DNA from: Escherichia virus Lambda_4B5
Sequence record: LR595863.1
DNA length: 48,141 nucleotides
Direction: 5' to 3' (one strand)
Part shown: piece after piece, positions 1 through 14,147 of the stretch
How the letters are laid out: every line of letters starts with the position of its first letter
Position numbering within the stretch: the first letter of the stretch is position 1
Translations under genes and position numbers: made by a program
Notes under the pieces: generated by a model
The model's input: only the letters and a program-made list of their open reading frames with translations
Told to the model about the DNA's origin: nothing
Databases searched by the model: none

Positions 1-190
1 GGGGCGGCGACCTCGCGGGTTTTCGCTATTTATGAAAATTTTCCGGTTTAAGGTGTTTCCGTTCTTCTTCGTCGTAACTTAATGTATTTATTTAAAATAC
101 CCCCTGAAAAGAAAGGAAACGACAGGTGCTGAAAGCGAGCTTTTTGGCCTCTGTCGTTTCCTTTCTCTGTTTTTGTCCGTGGAATGAGCA
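1..190. other. cos: Left cohesive-end region (cosN half-site plus terminase-binding cosB) of a lambda-type genome
   Basis: Window opens with g-GGGCGGCGACCT followed by sequence matching the lambda left end as I remember it, directly upstream of nu1. Confidence 0.85.
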
Positions 191-710
191 ATGGAAGTCA
201 ACAAAAAGCAGCTGGCTGACATTTTCGGTGCGAGTATCCGTACCATTCAGAACTGGCAGGAACAGGGAATGCCCGTTCTGCGAGGCGGTGGCAAGGGTAA
301 TGAGGTGCTTTATGACTCTGCCGCCGTCATAAAATGGTATGCCGAAAGGGATTCTGAAATTGAGAACGAAAAGCTGCGCCGGGAGGTTGAAGAACTGCGG
401 CAGGCCAGCGAGGCAGATCTCCAGCCAGGAACTATTGAGTACGAACGCCATCGACTTACGCGTGCGCAGGCCGACGCACAGGAACTGAAGAATGCCAGAG
501 ACTCCGCTGAAGTGGTGGAAACCGCATTCTGTACTTTCGTGTTGTCGCGGATCGCAGGTGAAATTGCCAGTATTCTCGACGGGCTCCCCCTGTCGGTGCA
601 GCGGCGTTTTCCGGAACTGGAAAACCGACATGTTGATTTCCTGAAACGGGATATCATCAAAGCCATGAACAAAGCAGCCGCGCTGGATGAACTGATACCG
701 GGGTTGCTGA

Positions 711-736
<26 letters not shown>
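191..736 (+). CDS. nu1: Terminase small subunit
   Basis: 181-aa ORF starting MEVNKKQLADIFGASIRTIQNWQEQGMPV matches remembered lambda gpNu1. Confidence 0.95.
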
Positions 737-4417
<3,681 letters not shown>

Positions 4418-4437
<20 letters not shown>

Positions 4438-5737
4438 TCTCCCGCATATTGCCAGTATGGCCTTTAATGAGCCGCTGATGCTTGAACCCGCCTATGCGCG
4501 GGTTTTCTTTTGTGCGCTTGCAGGCCAGCTTGGGATCAGCCGCCTGACGGATGCGGTATCCGGCGACAGCCTGACTGCCGGAGAGGCACCCGCGGCGCTG
4601 GCGTTATCCGTTGATGATGACGGACCACGACAGGCCCGCAGTTATCAGGTCATGAACGGCATCGCCGTGCTGCCGGTGTCCGGCACGCTGGTCAGTCGGA
4701 CGCGAGCGCTGCAGCCGTATTCGGGGATGACCGGTTACAACGGCATTATCGCCCGTCTGCAACAGGCTGCCAGCGACCCGATGGTGGACGGCATTCTGCT
4801 CGATATGGATACGCCAGGCGGGATGGTGGCAGGGGCATTTGACTGCGCTGACATCATCGCCCGTGTGCGTGACATAAAGCCGGTATGGGCGCTGGCCAAC
4901 GACATGAACTGCAGTGCAGGTCAGTTGCTTGCCAGTGCCGCCTCCCGGCGTCTGGTCACGCAGACCGCCCGGACAGGCTCCATCGGCGTCATGATGGCTC
5001 ACAGTAATTACGGTGCTGCGCTGGAGAAACAGGGTGTGGAAATCACGCTGATTTACAGCGGCAGCCATAAGGTGGATGGCAACCCCTACAGCCATCTTCC
5101 GGATGACGTCCGGGAGACACTGCAGTCCCGGATGGACGCAACCCGCCGGATGTTTGCACAGAAGGTGTCGGCATATACCGGCCTGTCCGTGCAGGCTGTG
5201 CTGGATACCGAGGCTGCAGTGTACAGCGGTCAGGAGGCCATTGATGCCGGACTGGCTGATGAACTTGTTAACAGTACCGATGCGATCACCGTCATGCGTG
5301 ATGCACTGGATGCACGTAAATCCCGTCTCTCAGGAGGGCGAATGACCAAAGAGACTCAATCAACAACTGTTTCAGCCACTGCTTCGCAGGCTGACGTTAC
5401 TGAGGTGGTGCAAGCGACGGAGGGCGAGAACGCCAGCGCGGCGCAGCCGGACGTGAACGCGCAGATCACCGCAGCGGTTGCGGCAGAAAACAGTCGCATT
5501 ATGGGGATCCTCAACTGTGAGGAGGCTCACGGACGCGAAGAACAGGCACGCGTGCTGGCCGAAACCCCCGGTATGACCGTGGAAACGGCCCGCCGCATTC
5601 TGGCAGCTGCACCACAGAGTGCACAGGCGCGCAGTGACACTGCGCTGGATCGTCTGATGCAGGGGGCACCGGCACCGCTGGCTGCAGGTAACCCGGCATC
5701 TGATGCCGTTAACGATTTGCTGAACACACCAGTGTAA
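4418..5737 (+). CDS. C: Head maturation protease / scaffold
   Basis: GTG at 4418 preceded by GAGGAGGAG; product begins (M)TAELRNLPHIASMAFNEPLMLEPAYARVFF as in lambda gpC; the longer tool ORF from 4304 is an upstream extension. Confidence 0.9.
5132..5737 (+). CDS. nu3: Scaffolding protein, in-frame internal start within C
   Basis: Internal ATG at 5132 giving MDATRRMFAQKVSAYTGLSVQ, matching lambda Nu3 nested in C. Confidence 0.8.
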   Translation: MDATRRMFAQKVSAYTGLSVQAVLDTEAAVYSGQEAIDAGLADELVNSTDAITVMRDALDARKSRLSGGRMTKETQSTTVSATASQADVTEVVQATEGENASAAQPDVNAQITAAVAAENSRIMGILNCEEAHGREEQARVLAETPGMTVETARRILAAAPQSAQARSDTALDRLMQGAPAPLAAGNPASDAVNDLLNTPV

Positions 5738-5746
5738 GGGATGTTT

Positions 5747-6079
5747 ATGACGAGCAAAGAAACCTTTACCCATTACCAGCCGCTGGGCAACAGTGACCCG
5801 GCACATACGGCAACCGCGCCCGGCGGATTGAGTGCGAAAGCGCCTGCAATGACCCCGCTGATGCTGGACACCTCCACCCGTAAGCTGGTTGTGTGGGATG
5901 GCACCACCGACGGTGCTGCCGTTGGCATTCTGGCGGTTGCTGCTGACCAGACCAGCACCACGCTGACGTTCTACAAGTCCGGCACGTTCCGTTATGAGGA
6001 TGTGCTCTGGCCGGAGGCTGCCAGCGACGAGACGAAAAAACGGACCGCGTTTGCCGGAACGGCAATCAGCATCGTTTAA
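5747..6079 (+). CDS. D: Head decoration protein
   Basis: [12 protein letters not shown]... ending [10 protein letters not shown], matches lambda gpD; start taken at the internal Met of the tool ORF. Confidence 0.93.
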   Translation: MTSKETFTHYQPLGNSDPAHTATAPGGLSAKAPAMTPLMLDTSTRKLVVWDGTTDGAAVGILAVAADQTSTTLTFYKSGTFRYEDVLWPEAASDETKKRTAFAGTAISIV

Positions 6080-6134
6080 CCTTACCCTTCATCACTAAAG
6101 GCCGCCTGTGCGGCTTTTTTTACGGGATTTTTTT

Positions 6135-7160
6135 ATGTCGATGTACACAACCGCCCAGCTGCTGGCGGCAAATGAGAAGAAATTTAAGTTTGATCCGCTG
6201 TTTCTGCGTCTCTTTTTCCGTGAGAGCTATCCCTTCACCACGGAGAAAGTCTATCTCTCACAAATTCCGGGACTGGTAAACATGGCGCTGTACGTTTCGC
6301 CGATTGTTTCCGGTGAGGTTATCCGCTCCCGTGGCGGCTCCACCTCTGAATTTACACCGGGATATGTCAAGCCGAAGCATGAGGTGAATCCGCAGATGAC
6401 CCTGCGTCGCCTGCCGGATGAAGATCCACAGAATCTGGCGGACCCGGCTTACCGCCGCCGTCGCATCATTCTGCAGAACATGCGAGACGAAGAGCTGGCC
6501 ATTGCTCAGGTCGAAGAGATGCAGGCCGTTTCTGCCGTGCTTAAGGGCAAATATACCATGACCGGTGAAGCCTTCGATCCGGTTGAAGTGGATATGGGCC
6601 GCAGTGTGGCGAACAACATCACGCAGTCCGGCGGTACGGAGTGGAGCAAGCGTGACAAGTCCACGTATGACCCGACCGACGATATCGAAGCCTACGCGCT
6701 GAACGCCAGCGGTGTGGTGAATATCATCGTGTTTGATCCGAAAGGCTGGGCGCTGTTCCGTTCCTTCAAAGCCGTCAAGGAGAAGCTGGATACCCGTCGC
6801 GGCTCTCATTCCGAGCTGGAGACAGCGGTAAAAGATCTGGGCGAAGCGGTGTCCTATAAGGGGATGTATGGCGATACGGCGATCGTCGTGTATTCCGGAC
6901 AGTACGTGGAAAACGACGTCAAAAAGAACTTCCTGCCGGACAACACGATGGTGCTGGGGAACACTCAGGCACGCGGTCTGCGCACCTATGGCTGCATTCA
7001 GGATGCGGACGCACAGCGCGAAGGTATTAACGCCTCTGCCCGCTACCCGAAAAACTGGGTGACCACCGGCGATCCGGCGCGTGAGTTCACCATGATTCAG
7101 TCAGCACCGCTGATGCTGCTGGCTGACCCTGATGCGTTCGTGTCCGTACAACTGGCGTAA
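6135..7160 (+). CDS. E: Major capsid protein
   Basis: MSMYTTAQLLAANE... matches lambda gpE (341 aa); start at internal Met of the tool ORF. Confidence 0.95.
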   Translation: MSMYTTAQLLAANEKKFKFDPLFLRLFFRESYPFTTEKVYLSQIPGLVNMALYVSPIVSGEVIRSRGGSTSEFTPGYVKPKHEVNPQMTLRRLPDEDPQNLADPAYRRRRIILQNMRDEELAIAQVEEMQAVSAVLKGKYTMTGEAFDPVEVDMGRSVANNITQSGGTEWSKRDKSTYDPTDDIEAYALNASGVVNIIVFDPKGWALFRSFKAVKEKLDTRRGSHSELETAVKDLGEAVSYKGMYGDTAIVVYSGQYVENDVKKNFLPDNTMVLGNTQARGLRTYGCIQDADAQREGINASARYPKNWVTTGDPAREFTMIQSAPLMLLADPDAFVSVQLA

Positions 7161-7201
7161 TCATGGCCCTTCGGGGCCATTTTCTCTCTGTGGAGGAGTC
7201 C

Positions 7202-7597
7202 ATGACGAAAGATGAACTGATTGCCCGTCTTCAGGTGCTGGGTGAGCAACTGAACCGTGATGTCAGCCTGACGGGGACGAAAGAAGAACTGGCACTCCGT
7301 GTGGCAGAGCTGGAAGAGGAGCTTGATGACACGGATGACGCTGCTGGTCAGGACACATCTGTCAGCCCGGAAAATGCGCTGACCGGACATGAAAATGAGG
7401 TGGTATCAGCGCAGCCGGATACCGTGACTGATACGGCTGATCTGGTCACGGTTGTGGCACTGGTGACGCTGCATACTGATGCACTTCACGCCACGCGGGA
7501 TGAGGCTGTGGCATTTGTGCTGCCGGGAACGGCGTTCCGTGTCTCTGCCGGTGTGGCAGCTGAAATGACAGAGCGCGGCCTGGCCAGAATGCAATAA
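7202..7597 (+). CDS. FI: DNA packaging protein FI
   Basis: MTKDELIARL... ending MTERGLARMQ, matches lambda FI; internal start. Confidence 0.88.
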   Translation: MTKDELIARLQVLGEQLNRDVSLTGTKEELALRVAELEEELDDTDDAAGQDTSVSPENALTGHENEVVSAQPDTVTDTADLVTVVALVTLHTDALHATRDEAVAFVLPGTAFRVSAGVAAEMTERGLARMQ

Positions 7598-7608
7598 CGG
7601 GAGGCGCT

Positions 7609-7962
7609 GTGGCTGATTTCGATAACCTGTTCGATGCTGCCATTGCCCGCGCCGATGAAACGATACGCGGGTACATGGGAACGTCAGCCACCATGACATC
7701 CGGTGAGCAGTCCGGTGCTGTGATACGTGGTGTTTTTGATGATCCTGAAAATATCAGCTATGCCGGACAGGGCGTGCGCGTTGAAGGCTCCAGCCCGTTC
7801 CTGTTTGTCCGGACTGATGATGTGCGGCAGCTGCGGCGCGGCGACACGCTGACCATCGGTGAGGAAAACTTCTGGATAGACCGGATTTCGCCGGATGATG
7901 GCGGAAGCTGTCATCTCTGGCTTGGGCGGGGCGTACCGCCTGCCGTTAACCGTCGCCGCTGA
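7609..7962 (+). CDS. FII: Head-tail connector protein FII
   Basis: 117-aa ORF MADFDNLFDAAIARADETIRGYMG matches lambda FII. Confidence 0.93.
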   Translation: MADFDNLFDAAIARADETIRGYMGTSATMTSGEQSGAVIRGVFDDPENISYAGQGVRVEGSSPFLFVRTDDVRQLRRGDTLTIGEENFWIDRISPDDGGSCHLWLGRGVPPAVNRRR

Positions 7963-7973
7963 AAGGGGGATGT

Positions 7974-8552
7974 ATGGCCATAAAAGGTCTTGAGCAGGCC
8001 GTTGAAAACCTCAGCCGTATCAGCAGAACGGCGGTGCCCGGTGCCGCCGCAATGGCCATTAACCGCGTTGCTTCATCCGCGATATCGCAGTCGGCGTCAC
8101 AGGTTGCCCGTGAGACAAAGGTACGCCGGAAACTGGTAAAGGAAAGGGCCAGGCTGAAAAGGGCCACGGTCAAAAATCCGCAGGCCAGAATCAGGGTTAA
8201 CCGGGGGGATTTGCCCGTAATAAAGCTGGGTAACGCGCGGATTGTCCTGTCCCGACGCAGGCGTCGTAAAAAGGGGCAGCGTTCAGCCCTGAAAGGTGGC
8301 GGCAGCGTGCTTGTGGTGGGAAACCGTCGTATTCCCGGCGCGTTTATTCAGCAACTGAAAAATGGCCGCTGGCATGTTATGCAGCGTGTGGCCGGGAAAA
8401 ATCGTTACCCCATTGATGTGGTGAAAATTCCGATGGCGGTGCCGCTGACCACGGCGTTTAAACAGAATATTGAGCGGATACGGCGTGAGCGTCTTCCGAA
8501 AGAGCTGGGCTATGCGCTGCAGCATCAACTGAGGATGGTAATAAAGCGATGA
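7974..8552 (+). CDS. Z: Tail completion protein Z
   Basis: 192-aa ORF in lambda Z position and size. Confidence 0.9.
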   Translation: MAIKGLEQAVENLSRISRTAVPGAAAMAINRVASSAISQSASQVARETKVRRKLVKERARLKRATVKNPQARIRVNRGDLPVIKLGNARIVLSRRRRRKKGQRSALKGGGSVLVVGNRRIPGAFIQQLKNGRWHVMQRVAGKNRYPIDVVKIPMAVPLTTAFKQNIERIRRERLPKELGYALQHQLRMVIKR

Positions 8553-8944
8553 AACATACTGAACTCCGTGCAGCCGTACTGGATGCACTGGAGAAGCATG
8601 ACACCGGGGCGACGTTTTTTGATGGTCGCCCCGCTGTTTTTGATGAGGCGGATTTTCCGGCAGTTGCCGTTTATCTCACCGGCGCTGAATACACGGGCGA
8701 AGAGCTGGACAGCGATACCTGGCAGGCGGAGCTGCATATTGAAGTTTTCCTGCCTGCTCAGGTGCCGGATTCAGAGCTGGATTCGTGGATGGAGTCCCGG
8801 ATTTATCCGGTGATGAGCGATATCCCGGCACTGTCAGATTTGATCACCAGTATGGTGGCCAGTGGCTATGACTACCGGCGCGACGATGATGCGGGCCTGT
8901 GGAGTTCAGCCGATCTGACTTATGTCATTACCTATGAAATGTGA
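8549..8944 (+). CDS. U: Tail terminator protein U
   Basis: 131-aa ORF, overlapping start/stop with Z, lambda U size. Confidence 0.9.
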   Translation: MKHTELRAAVLDALEKHDTGATFFDGRPAVFDEADFPAVAVYLTGAEYTGEELDSDTWQAELHIEVFLPAQVPDSELDSWMESRIYPVMSDIPALSDLITSMVASGYDYRRDDDAGLWSSADLTYVITYEM

Positions 8945-8951
8945 GGACGAT

Positions 8952-9692
8952 ATGCCAACACCAAATCCTCTGGCACCGGTGAAAGGGGCCGGGACCACAC
9001 TGTGGGTTTATAAGGGGAACGGTGACCCTTATGCGAACCCGCTTTCAGACGTTGACTGGTCGCGTCTGGCTAAAGTTAAAGACCTGACGCCCGGCGAACT
9101 GACCGCTGAGTCCTATGACGACAGTTATCTCGATGATGAAGATGCGGACTGGACCGCGACCGGACAGGGGCAGAAATCTGCCGGAGATACCAGCTTCACG
9201 CTGGCGTGGATGCCCGGAGAGCAGGGGCAGCAGGCGCTGCTGGCGTGGTTTAATGAAGGGGATACCCGAGCCTATAAAATCCGCTTCCCGAACGGCACGG
9301 TCGATGTGTTCCGCGGCTGGGTCAGCAGTATCGGTAAGGCGGTGACGGCGAAGGAAGTGATCACCCGCACGGTGAAGGTCACCAATGTGGGCCGTCCGTC
9401 GATGGCAGAAGATCGCAGCACGGTGACGGCGACAACCGGCATGACGGTGACACCCGCCAGTGCTTCCGTAGTGAAAGGGCAGAGCACCACGCTGACCGTG
9501 GCATTCCAGCCGGAGGGCGCAACCGACAAGAGCTTCCGTGCGGTGTCTGCGGATAAAACAAAAGCCACCGTGTCGGTCAGTGGTATGACCATCACCGTGA
9601 AAGGTGTTGCTGCAGGCAAGGTCAACATTCCGGTCGTATCCGGTAATGGTGAGTTTGCTGCGGTTGCAGAAATCAACGTCACCGCCAGTTAA
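8952..9692 (+). CDS. V: Major tail tube protein
   Basis: [22 protein letters not shown]... matches lambda gpV including the C-terminal Ig-like region; internal start. Confidence 0.93.
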   Translation: MPTPNPLAPVKGAGTTLWVYKGNGDPYANPLSDVDWSRLAKVKDLTPGELTAESYDDSYLDDEDADWTATGQGQKSAGDTSFTLAWMPGEQGQQALLAWFNEGDTRAYKIRFPNGTVDVFRGWVSSIGKAVTAKEVITRTVKVTNVGRPSMAEDRSTVTATTGMTVTPASASVVKGQSTTLTVAFQPEGATDKSFRAVSADKTKATVSVSGMTITVKGVAAGKVNIPVVSGNGEFAAVAEINVTAS

Positions 9693-9707
9693 TCCGGAGA
9701 GTCAGCG

Positions 9708-10130
9708 ATGTTCCTGAAAACCGAATCATTTGAACATAACGGTGTGACCGTCACGCTTTCTGAACTGTCAGCCCTGCAGCGTATTGAGCATCTCGCCCTG
9801 ATGAAACGGCAGGCAGAACAGGCGGAGTCAGACAGCAACCGGAAGTTTACTGTGGAAGACGCCATCAGAACCGGCGCGTTTCTGGTGGCGATGTCCCTGT
9901 GGCATAACCATCCGAAGAAGACAAAGCTGCCTTCCATGAATGAAGCCGTTAAACAGATTGAGCAGGAAGTGCTTACCACCTGGCCCACAGAGGCAATTTC
10001 TCATGCTGAAAACGTGGTGTACCGGCTGTCCGGTATGTATGAGTTTGTGGTGAATGATGCCCCTGAACAGGCAGAGGACGCCGGGTCTGCAGAGCCTGTT
10101 TCTGCGGGAAAGTGTTCGACGGTGAGCTGA
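9708..10130 (+). CDS. G: Tail assembly chaperone G
   Basis: 140-aa ORF in the lambda G position upstream of the tape measure gene. Confidence 0.9.
   Translation: MFLKTESFEHNGVTVTLSELSALQRIEHLALMKRQAEQAESDSNRKFTVEDAIRTGAFLVAMSLWHNHPKKTKLPSMNEAVKQIEQEVLTTWPTEAISHAENVVYRLSGMYEFVVNDAPEQAEDAGSAEPVSAGKCSTVS
10106..10112 (+). other. Slippery heptamer GGGAAAG for the programmed -1 frameshift producing G-T
   Basis: GGGAAAG sits near the 3' end of G where the overlapping -1 frame (T) opens, as in lambda. Confidence 0.8.
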
Positions 10131-10546
10131 GTTTTGCCCTGAAACTGGCGCGTGAGATGGGGCGACCTGACTGGCGCGCCATGCTTGCCGGGATGTCATC
10201 CACAGAGTATGCCGACTGGCACCGCTTTTACAGTACCCATTATTTTCATGATGTTCTGCTGGATATGCACTTTTCCGGGCTGACGTACACCGTGCTCAGC
10301 CTGTTTTTCAGCGATCCGGATATGCATCCGCTGGATTTCAGTCTGCTGAACCGGCGTGAGGCTGACGAAGAGCCTGAAGATGATGTGCTGATGCAGAAAG
10401 CGGCAGGGCTTGCCGGAGGCGTCCGCTTTGCCCCGGACGGAAATGAAGTTATCCCCGCTTCCCCGGATATGGCGGGCATGACGGAGGATGACGTAATGCT
10501 GATGACAGTATCAGAAGGGATCGCAGGAGGAGTCCGGTATGGCTGA
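10112..10546 (+). CDS. T: Tail assembly protein T, expressed as G-T fusion by -1 frameshift
   Basis: 144-aa ORF in the -1 frame overlapping the G 3' end and running to the H start. Confidence 0.85.
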   Translation: MFDGELSFALKLAREMGRPDWRAMLAGMSSTEYADWHRFYSTHYFHDVLLDMHFSGLTYTVLSLFFSDPDMHPLDFSLLNRREADEEPEDDVLMQKAAGLAGGVRFAPDGNEVIPASPDMAGMTEDDVMLMTVSEGIAGGVRYG

Positions 10547-13118
10547 ACCGGTAGGCGATCTGGTCGTTGATTTAAGTCTGGATGCGGCCAGATTTGACGA
10601 GCAGATGGCCAGAGTCAGGCGTCATTTTTCCGGTACGGAAAGTGATGCGAAAAAAACAGCGGCAGTCGTTGAACAGTCGCTGAGCCGACAGGCGCTGGCT
10701 GCACAGAAAGCGGGGATTTCCGTCGGGCAGTATAAAGCTGCCATGCGTATGCTGCCTGCGCAGTTCACTGACGTGGCCACGCAGCTTGCAGGCGGGCAAA
10801 GTCCGTGGCTGATCCTGCTGCAACAGGGTGGTCAGGTGAAGGACTCCTTCGGCGGGATGATCCCCATGTTCAGGGGGCTTGCCGGTGCGATCACCCTGCC
10901 GATGGTCGGGGCCACCTCGCTGGCGGTGGCGACCGGTGCGCTGGCGTATGCCTGGTATCAGGGCAACTCAACCCTGTCCGATTTCAATAAAACGCTGGTC
11001 CTTTCCGGTAATCAGGCGGGACTGACGGCAGATCGTATGCTGGCCCTGTCCAGATCCGGGCAGGCGGCAGGGCTGACGTTTAACCAGACCAGCGAGTCAC
11101 TGACGGCGCTGGTGAATGCCGGTGTGCGTGGTGGTGAGCAGTTTGAGGCAATCAGCCAGAGTGTGGCGCGTTTCTCCTCTGCATCCGGCGTGGAGGTGGA
11201 CAAGGTCGCTGAAGCCTTCGGGAAGCTGACCACTGACCCGACGTCTGGGTTGACGGCGATGGCGCGCCAGTTCCATAACGTGACGGCGGAACAGATTGCG
11301 TATGTTGCTCAGTTGCAGCGTTCCGGCGATGGGGCCGGGGCATTGCAGGCGGCGAACGAGGCCGCAACGAAAGGGTTTGATGACCAGACCCGTAAACTGA
11401 AAGATAACATGGGTACGCTGGAGACCTGGGCAGACAAGACTGCACAGGCATTCAAATCCATGTGGGATGCGGTGCTGGATATTGGTCGCCCGGACTCCTC
11501 TGCAGATATGCTCGCCAAAGCTGAAAAGGCTTTTGATGAAGCGGATAAAAAATGGCAGTGGTATCAGAGCCGAAGCCACCGGCGCGGTAAAACGTCAGCA
11601 TTTCTTGCCAATCTCCGGGGGGCATGGGAGAAGAGAGAGAATGCGCGACTTGGGCTTTCAGCCGCCACGTTGCAGGCAGATCTTGAAAAGGCCAGTGAGA
11701 TGGCAGCAAAAGATCGGGCCGAGTCTGAGGCATCACGGCTGAAATATACCGAAGAGGCGCAGAAGGCTTACGAACGCCTGCAGACACCGCTGGAGAAATA
11801 TACCGCCCGCCAGGAGGAACTGAATAAGGCACTGAAAGACGGAAAAATCCTGCAGGCAGATTACAACACGCTGATGGCGGCGGCGAAAAAGGACTATGAA
11901 GCGACGCTGAAAAAGCCGAAGCAGTCCGGCGTGAAAGTGTCTGCGGGCGATCGTCAGGAAGACAGTGCTCATGCTGCCCTGCTGACGCTTCAGGCAGAAC
12001 TCCGGACACTGGAGAAGCATGCCGGAGCGAATGAGAAAATCAGCCAGCAGCGCCGGGATTTGTGGAAGGCGGAAAGTCAGTTCGCGGTACTGGAGGAGGC
12101 GGCGCAACGTCGCCAGCTGTCCGCACAGGAGAAATCCCTGCTGGCGCATAAAGATGAGACGCTGGAGTACAAACGCCAGCTGGCTGCACTTGGCGATAAG
12201 GTCACGTATCAGGAGCACCTGAACGCGCTGGCGCAGCAGGCGGATAAATTCGCACAGCAGCAACGGGCAAAACGGGCAGCCATTGAGGCGAAAAACCGGG
12301 GGCTGACTGACCGGCAGGCAGCGCGGGACGCCACGGAACAGCGCCTGAAGGAACAGTATGGCGATAATCCGCTGGCGCTGAATAGCGTCATGTCAGAGCA
12401 GAAAAAGACCTGGGCGGCTGAAGACCAGCTTCGCGGGAGCTGGATGGCAGGCCTCAGGTCAGGCTGGAGTGAGTGGGAAGAGAGCGCCACGGACAGTATG
12501 TCGCAGGTTAAAAGTGCAGCCACGCAGACCTTTGATGGTATTGCACAGAATATGGCGGCGATGCTGACCGGCAGTGAACAGAACTGGCGCAGCTTCACCC
12601 GTTCCGTGCTGTCCATGATGACAGAAATTCTGCTTAAGCAGGCAATGGTGGGGATTGTCGGGAGTATCGGCAGCGCCATTGGAGGTGCTACCGGTGGCGG
12701 CTCATCAGCGTCAGGTGGTGCAGCCATTCAGGCCGCTGCGGCGAAACTCCATTTTGCGACCGGAGGATTTACGGGAACCGGCGGCAAATATGAGCCAGCA
12801 GGGATTGTTCACCGTGGTGAATTTGTCTTCACGAAGGAGGCAACCAGCCGGATTGGCGTGGGGAATCTTTACCGGCTGATGCGCGGCTATGCCACCGGCG
12901 GTTATGTCGGTACACCGGGCAGCATGGCGGACAGTCGGTCGCAGGCGTCCGGGAAGTTTGAGCAGAATAACCATGTGGTGATTAACAACGACGGCACGAA
13001 CGGTCAGATAGGGCCACAGGCGCTGAAGGCGGTTTATGACGTAGCCCGTAAGGCGGCAATGGATGTTGTGACCGGGCAGATGCGTGATGGTGGTCTGTTC
13101 TCCGGAGGTGGACGATGA
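10539..13118 (+). CDS. H: Tail tape measure protein
   Basis: 859-aa ORF, coiled-coil-rich with a Gly-rich C-terminal region, lambda gpH position. Confidence 0.93.
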   Translation: MAEPVGDLVVDLSLDAARFDEQMARVRRHFSGTESDAKKTAAVVEQSLSRQALAAQKAGISVGQYKAAMRMLPAQFTDVATQLAGGQSPWLILLQQGGQVKDSFGGMIPMFRGLAGAITLPMVGATSLAVATGALAYAWYQGNSTLSDFNKTLVLSGNQAGLTADRMLALSRSGQAAGLTFNQTSESLTALVNAGVRGGEQFEAISQSVARFSSASGVEVDKVAEAFGKLTTDPTSGLTAMARQFHNVTAEQIAYVAQLQRSGDGAGALQAANEAATKGFDDQTRKLKDNMGTLETWADKTAQAFKSMWDAVLDIGRPDSSADMLAKAEKAFDEADKKWQWYQSRSHRRGKTSAFLANLRGAWEKRENARLGLSAATLQADLEKASEMAAKDRAESEASRLKYTEEAQKAYERLQTPLEKYTARQEELNKALKDGKILQADYNTLMAAAKKDYEATLKKPKQSGVKVSAGDRQEDSAHAALLTLQAELRTLEKHAGANEKISQQRRDLWKAESQFAVLEEAAQRRQLSAQEKSLLAHKDETLEYKRQLAALGDKVTYQEHLNALAQQADKFAQQQRAKRAAIEAKNRGLTDRQAARDATEQRLKEQYGDNPLALNSVMSEQKKTWAAEDQLRGSWMAGLRSGWSEWEESATDSMSQVKSAATQTFDGIAQNMAAMLTGSEQNWRSFTRSVLSMMTEILLKQAMVGIVGSIGSAIGGATGGGSSASGGAAIQAAAAKLHFATGGFTGTGGKYEPAGIVHRGEFVFTKEATSRIGVGNLYRLMRGYATGGYVGTPGSMADSRSQASGKFEQNNHVVINNDGTNGQIGPQALKAVYDVARKAAMDVVTGQMRDGGLFSGGGR

Positions 13119-13444
13119 AAACCTTCCGCTGGAAAGTGAAACCGGGTATGGATGTGGCTTCGACTCCTTCCGTCAGGGAGGTGCGCTTTGGTGATGGCTA
13201 TTCCCAGCGAGCGCCTGCCGGGCTGAATGCCAACCTGAAAACGTACAGCGTGACGATTTCTGTCCCCCGTTGGGAGGCCACGGCGCTGGAATCGTTTCTG
13301 GCAGAGCACGGAGGCTGGAAAGCCTTTCTGTGGACGCCGCCTTATGACTGGCGGCAGATAAAGGTGACCTGCGCAAAATGGACGTCGCGGGTCAGTATGC
13401 TGCGTGTTGAGTTCAGCGCAGAGTTTAAACAGGTGGTGAACTGA
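13115..13444 (+). CDS. M: Tail tip protein M
   Basis: 109-aa ORF in lambda M position. Confidence 0.9.
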   Translation: MKTFRWKVKPGMDVASTPSVREVRFGDGYSQRAPAGLNANLKTYSVTISVPRWEATALESFLAEHGGWKAFLWTPPYDWRQIKVTCAKWTSRVSMLRVEFSAEFKQVVN

Positions 13445-14142
13445 TGCAGGATATCCGGCAGGAAACACTGAATGAATGCACCCGTGCGGAGCAGTCGGCC
13501 AGCGTGGTGCTCTGGGAAATCGATCTGACAGAGGTCGGTGGTGAACGTTATTTTTTCTGTAATGAGCAGAACGAAAAAGGTGAGCCTGTCACCTGGCAGG
13601 GGCGGCAGTATCTGGCGTATCCCATTCAGGGGAGTGGTTTTGAACTGAATGGCAAAGGCACCAGTACGCGCCCCACGCTGGCAGTCTCTAACCTGTACGG
13701 CATGGTCACCGGGATGGCGGAAGACCTGCAGAGTCTGGTCGGCGGAACGGTGGTCAGGCGTAAGGTTTACGCCCGTTTTCTGGATGCGGTGAACTTCGTC
13801 AACGGAAACAGCGATGCCGATCCGGAGCAGGAGGTGATCAGCCGCTGGCGCATCGAGCAGTGCAGCGAACTGAGCGCGGTAAGTGCCTCCTTTGTACTGT
13901 CCACGCCGACGGAAACGGATGGTGCTGTTTTTCCGGGGCGCATCATGCTGGCCAACACCTGTACCTGGACCTATCGCGGTGATGAGTGCGGTTATAGCGG
14001 TCCGGCGGTCGCGGATGAATATGACCAGCCGACGTCCGATATCACGAAGGATAAATGCAGCAAATGCCTGAGTGGCTGTAAGTTTCGCAATAATGTCGGC
14101 AACTTTGGCGGCTTCCTTTCCATTAACAAACTTTCGCAGTAA
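13444..14142 (+). CDS. L: Tail tip protein L
   Basis: 232-aa ORF in lambda L position, Cys-rich C-terminus. Confidence 0.9.
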   Translation: MQDIRQETLNECTRAEQSASVVLWEIDLTEVGGERYFFCNEQNEKGEPVTWQGRQYLAYPIQGSGFELNGKGTSTRPTLAVSNLYGMVTGMAEDLQSLVGGTVVRRKVYARFLDAVNFVNGNSDADPEQEVISRWRIEQCSELSAVSASFVLSTPTETDGAVFPGRIMLANTCTWTYRGDECGYSGPAVADEYDQPTSDITKDKCSKCLSGCKFRNNVGNFGGFLSINKLSQ

Positions 14143-14147
14143 ATCCC

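Noticed and set aside
11452-12263. Overlapping - strand ORFs of 176 to 185 aa
   Set aside because: Antisense frames within the tape measure gene H; low-complexity translations
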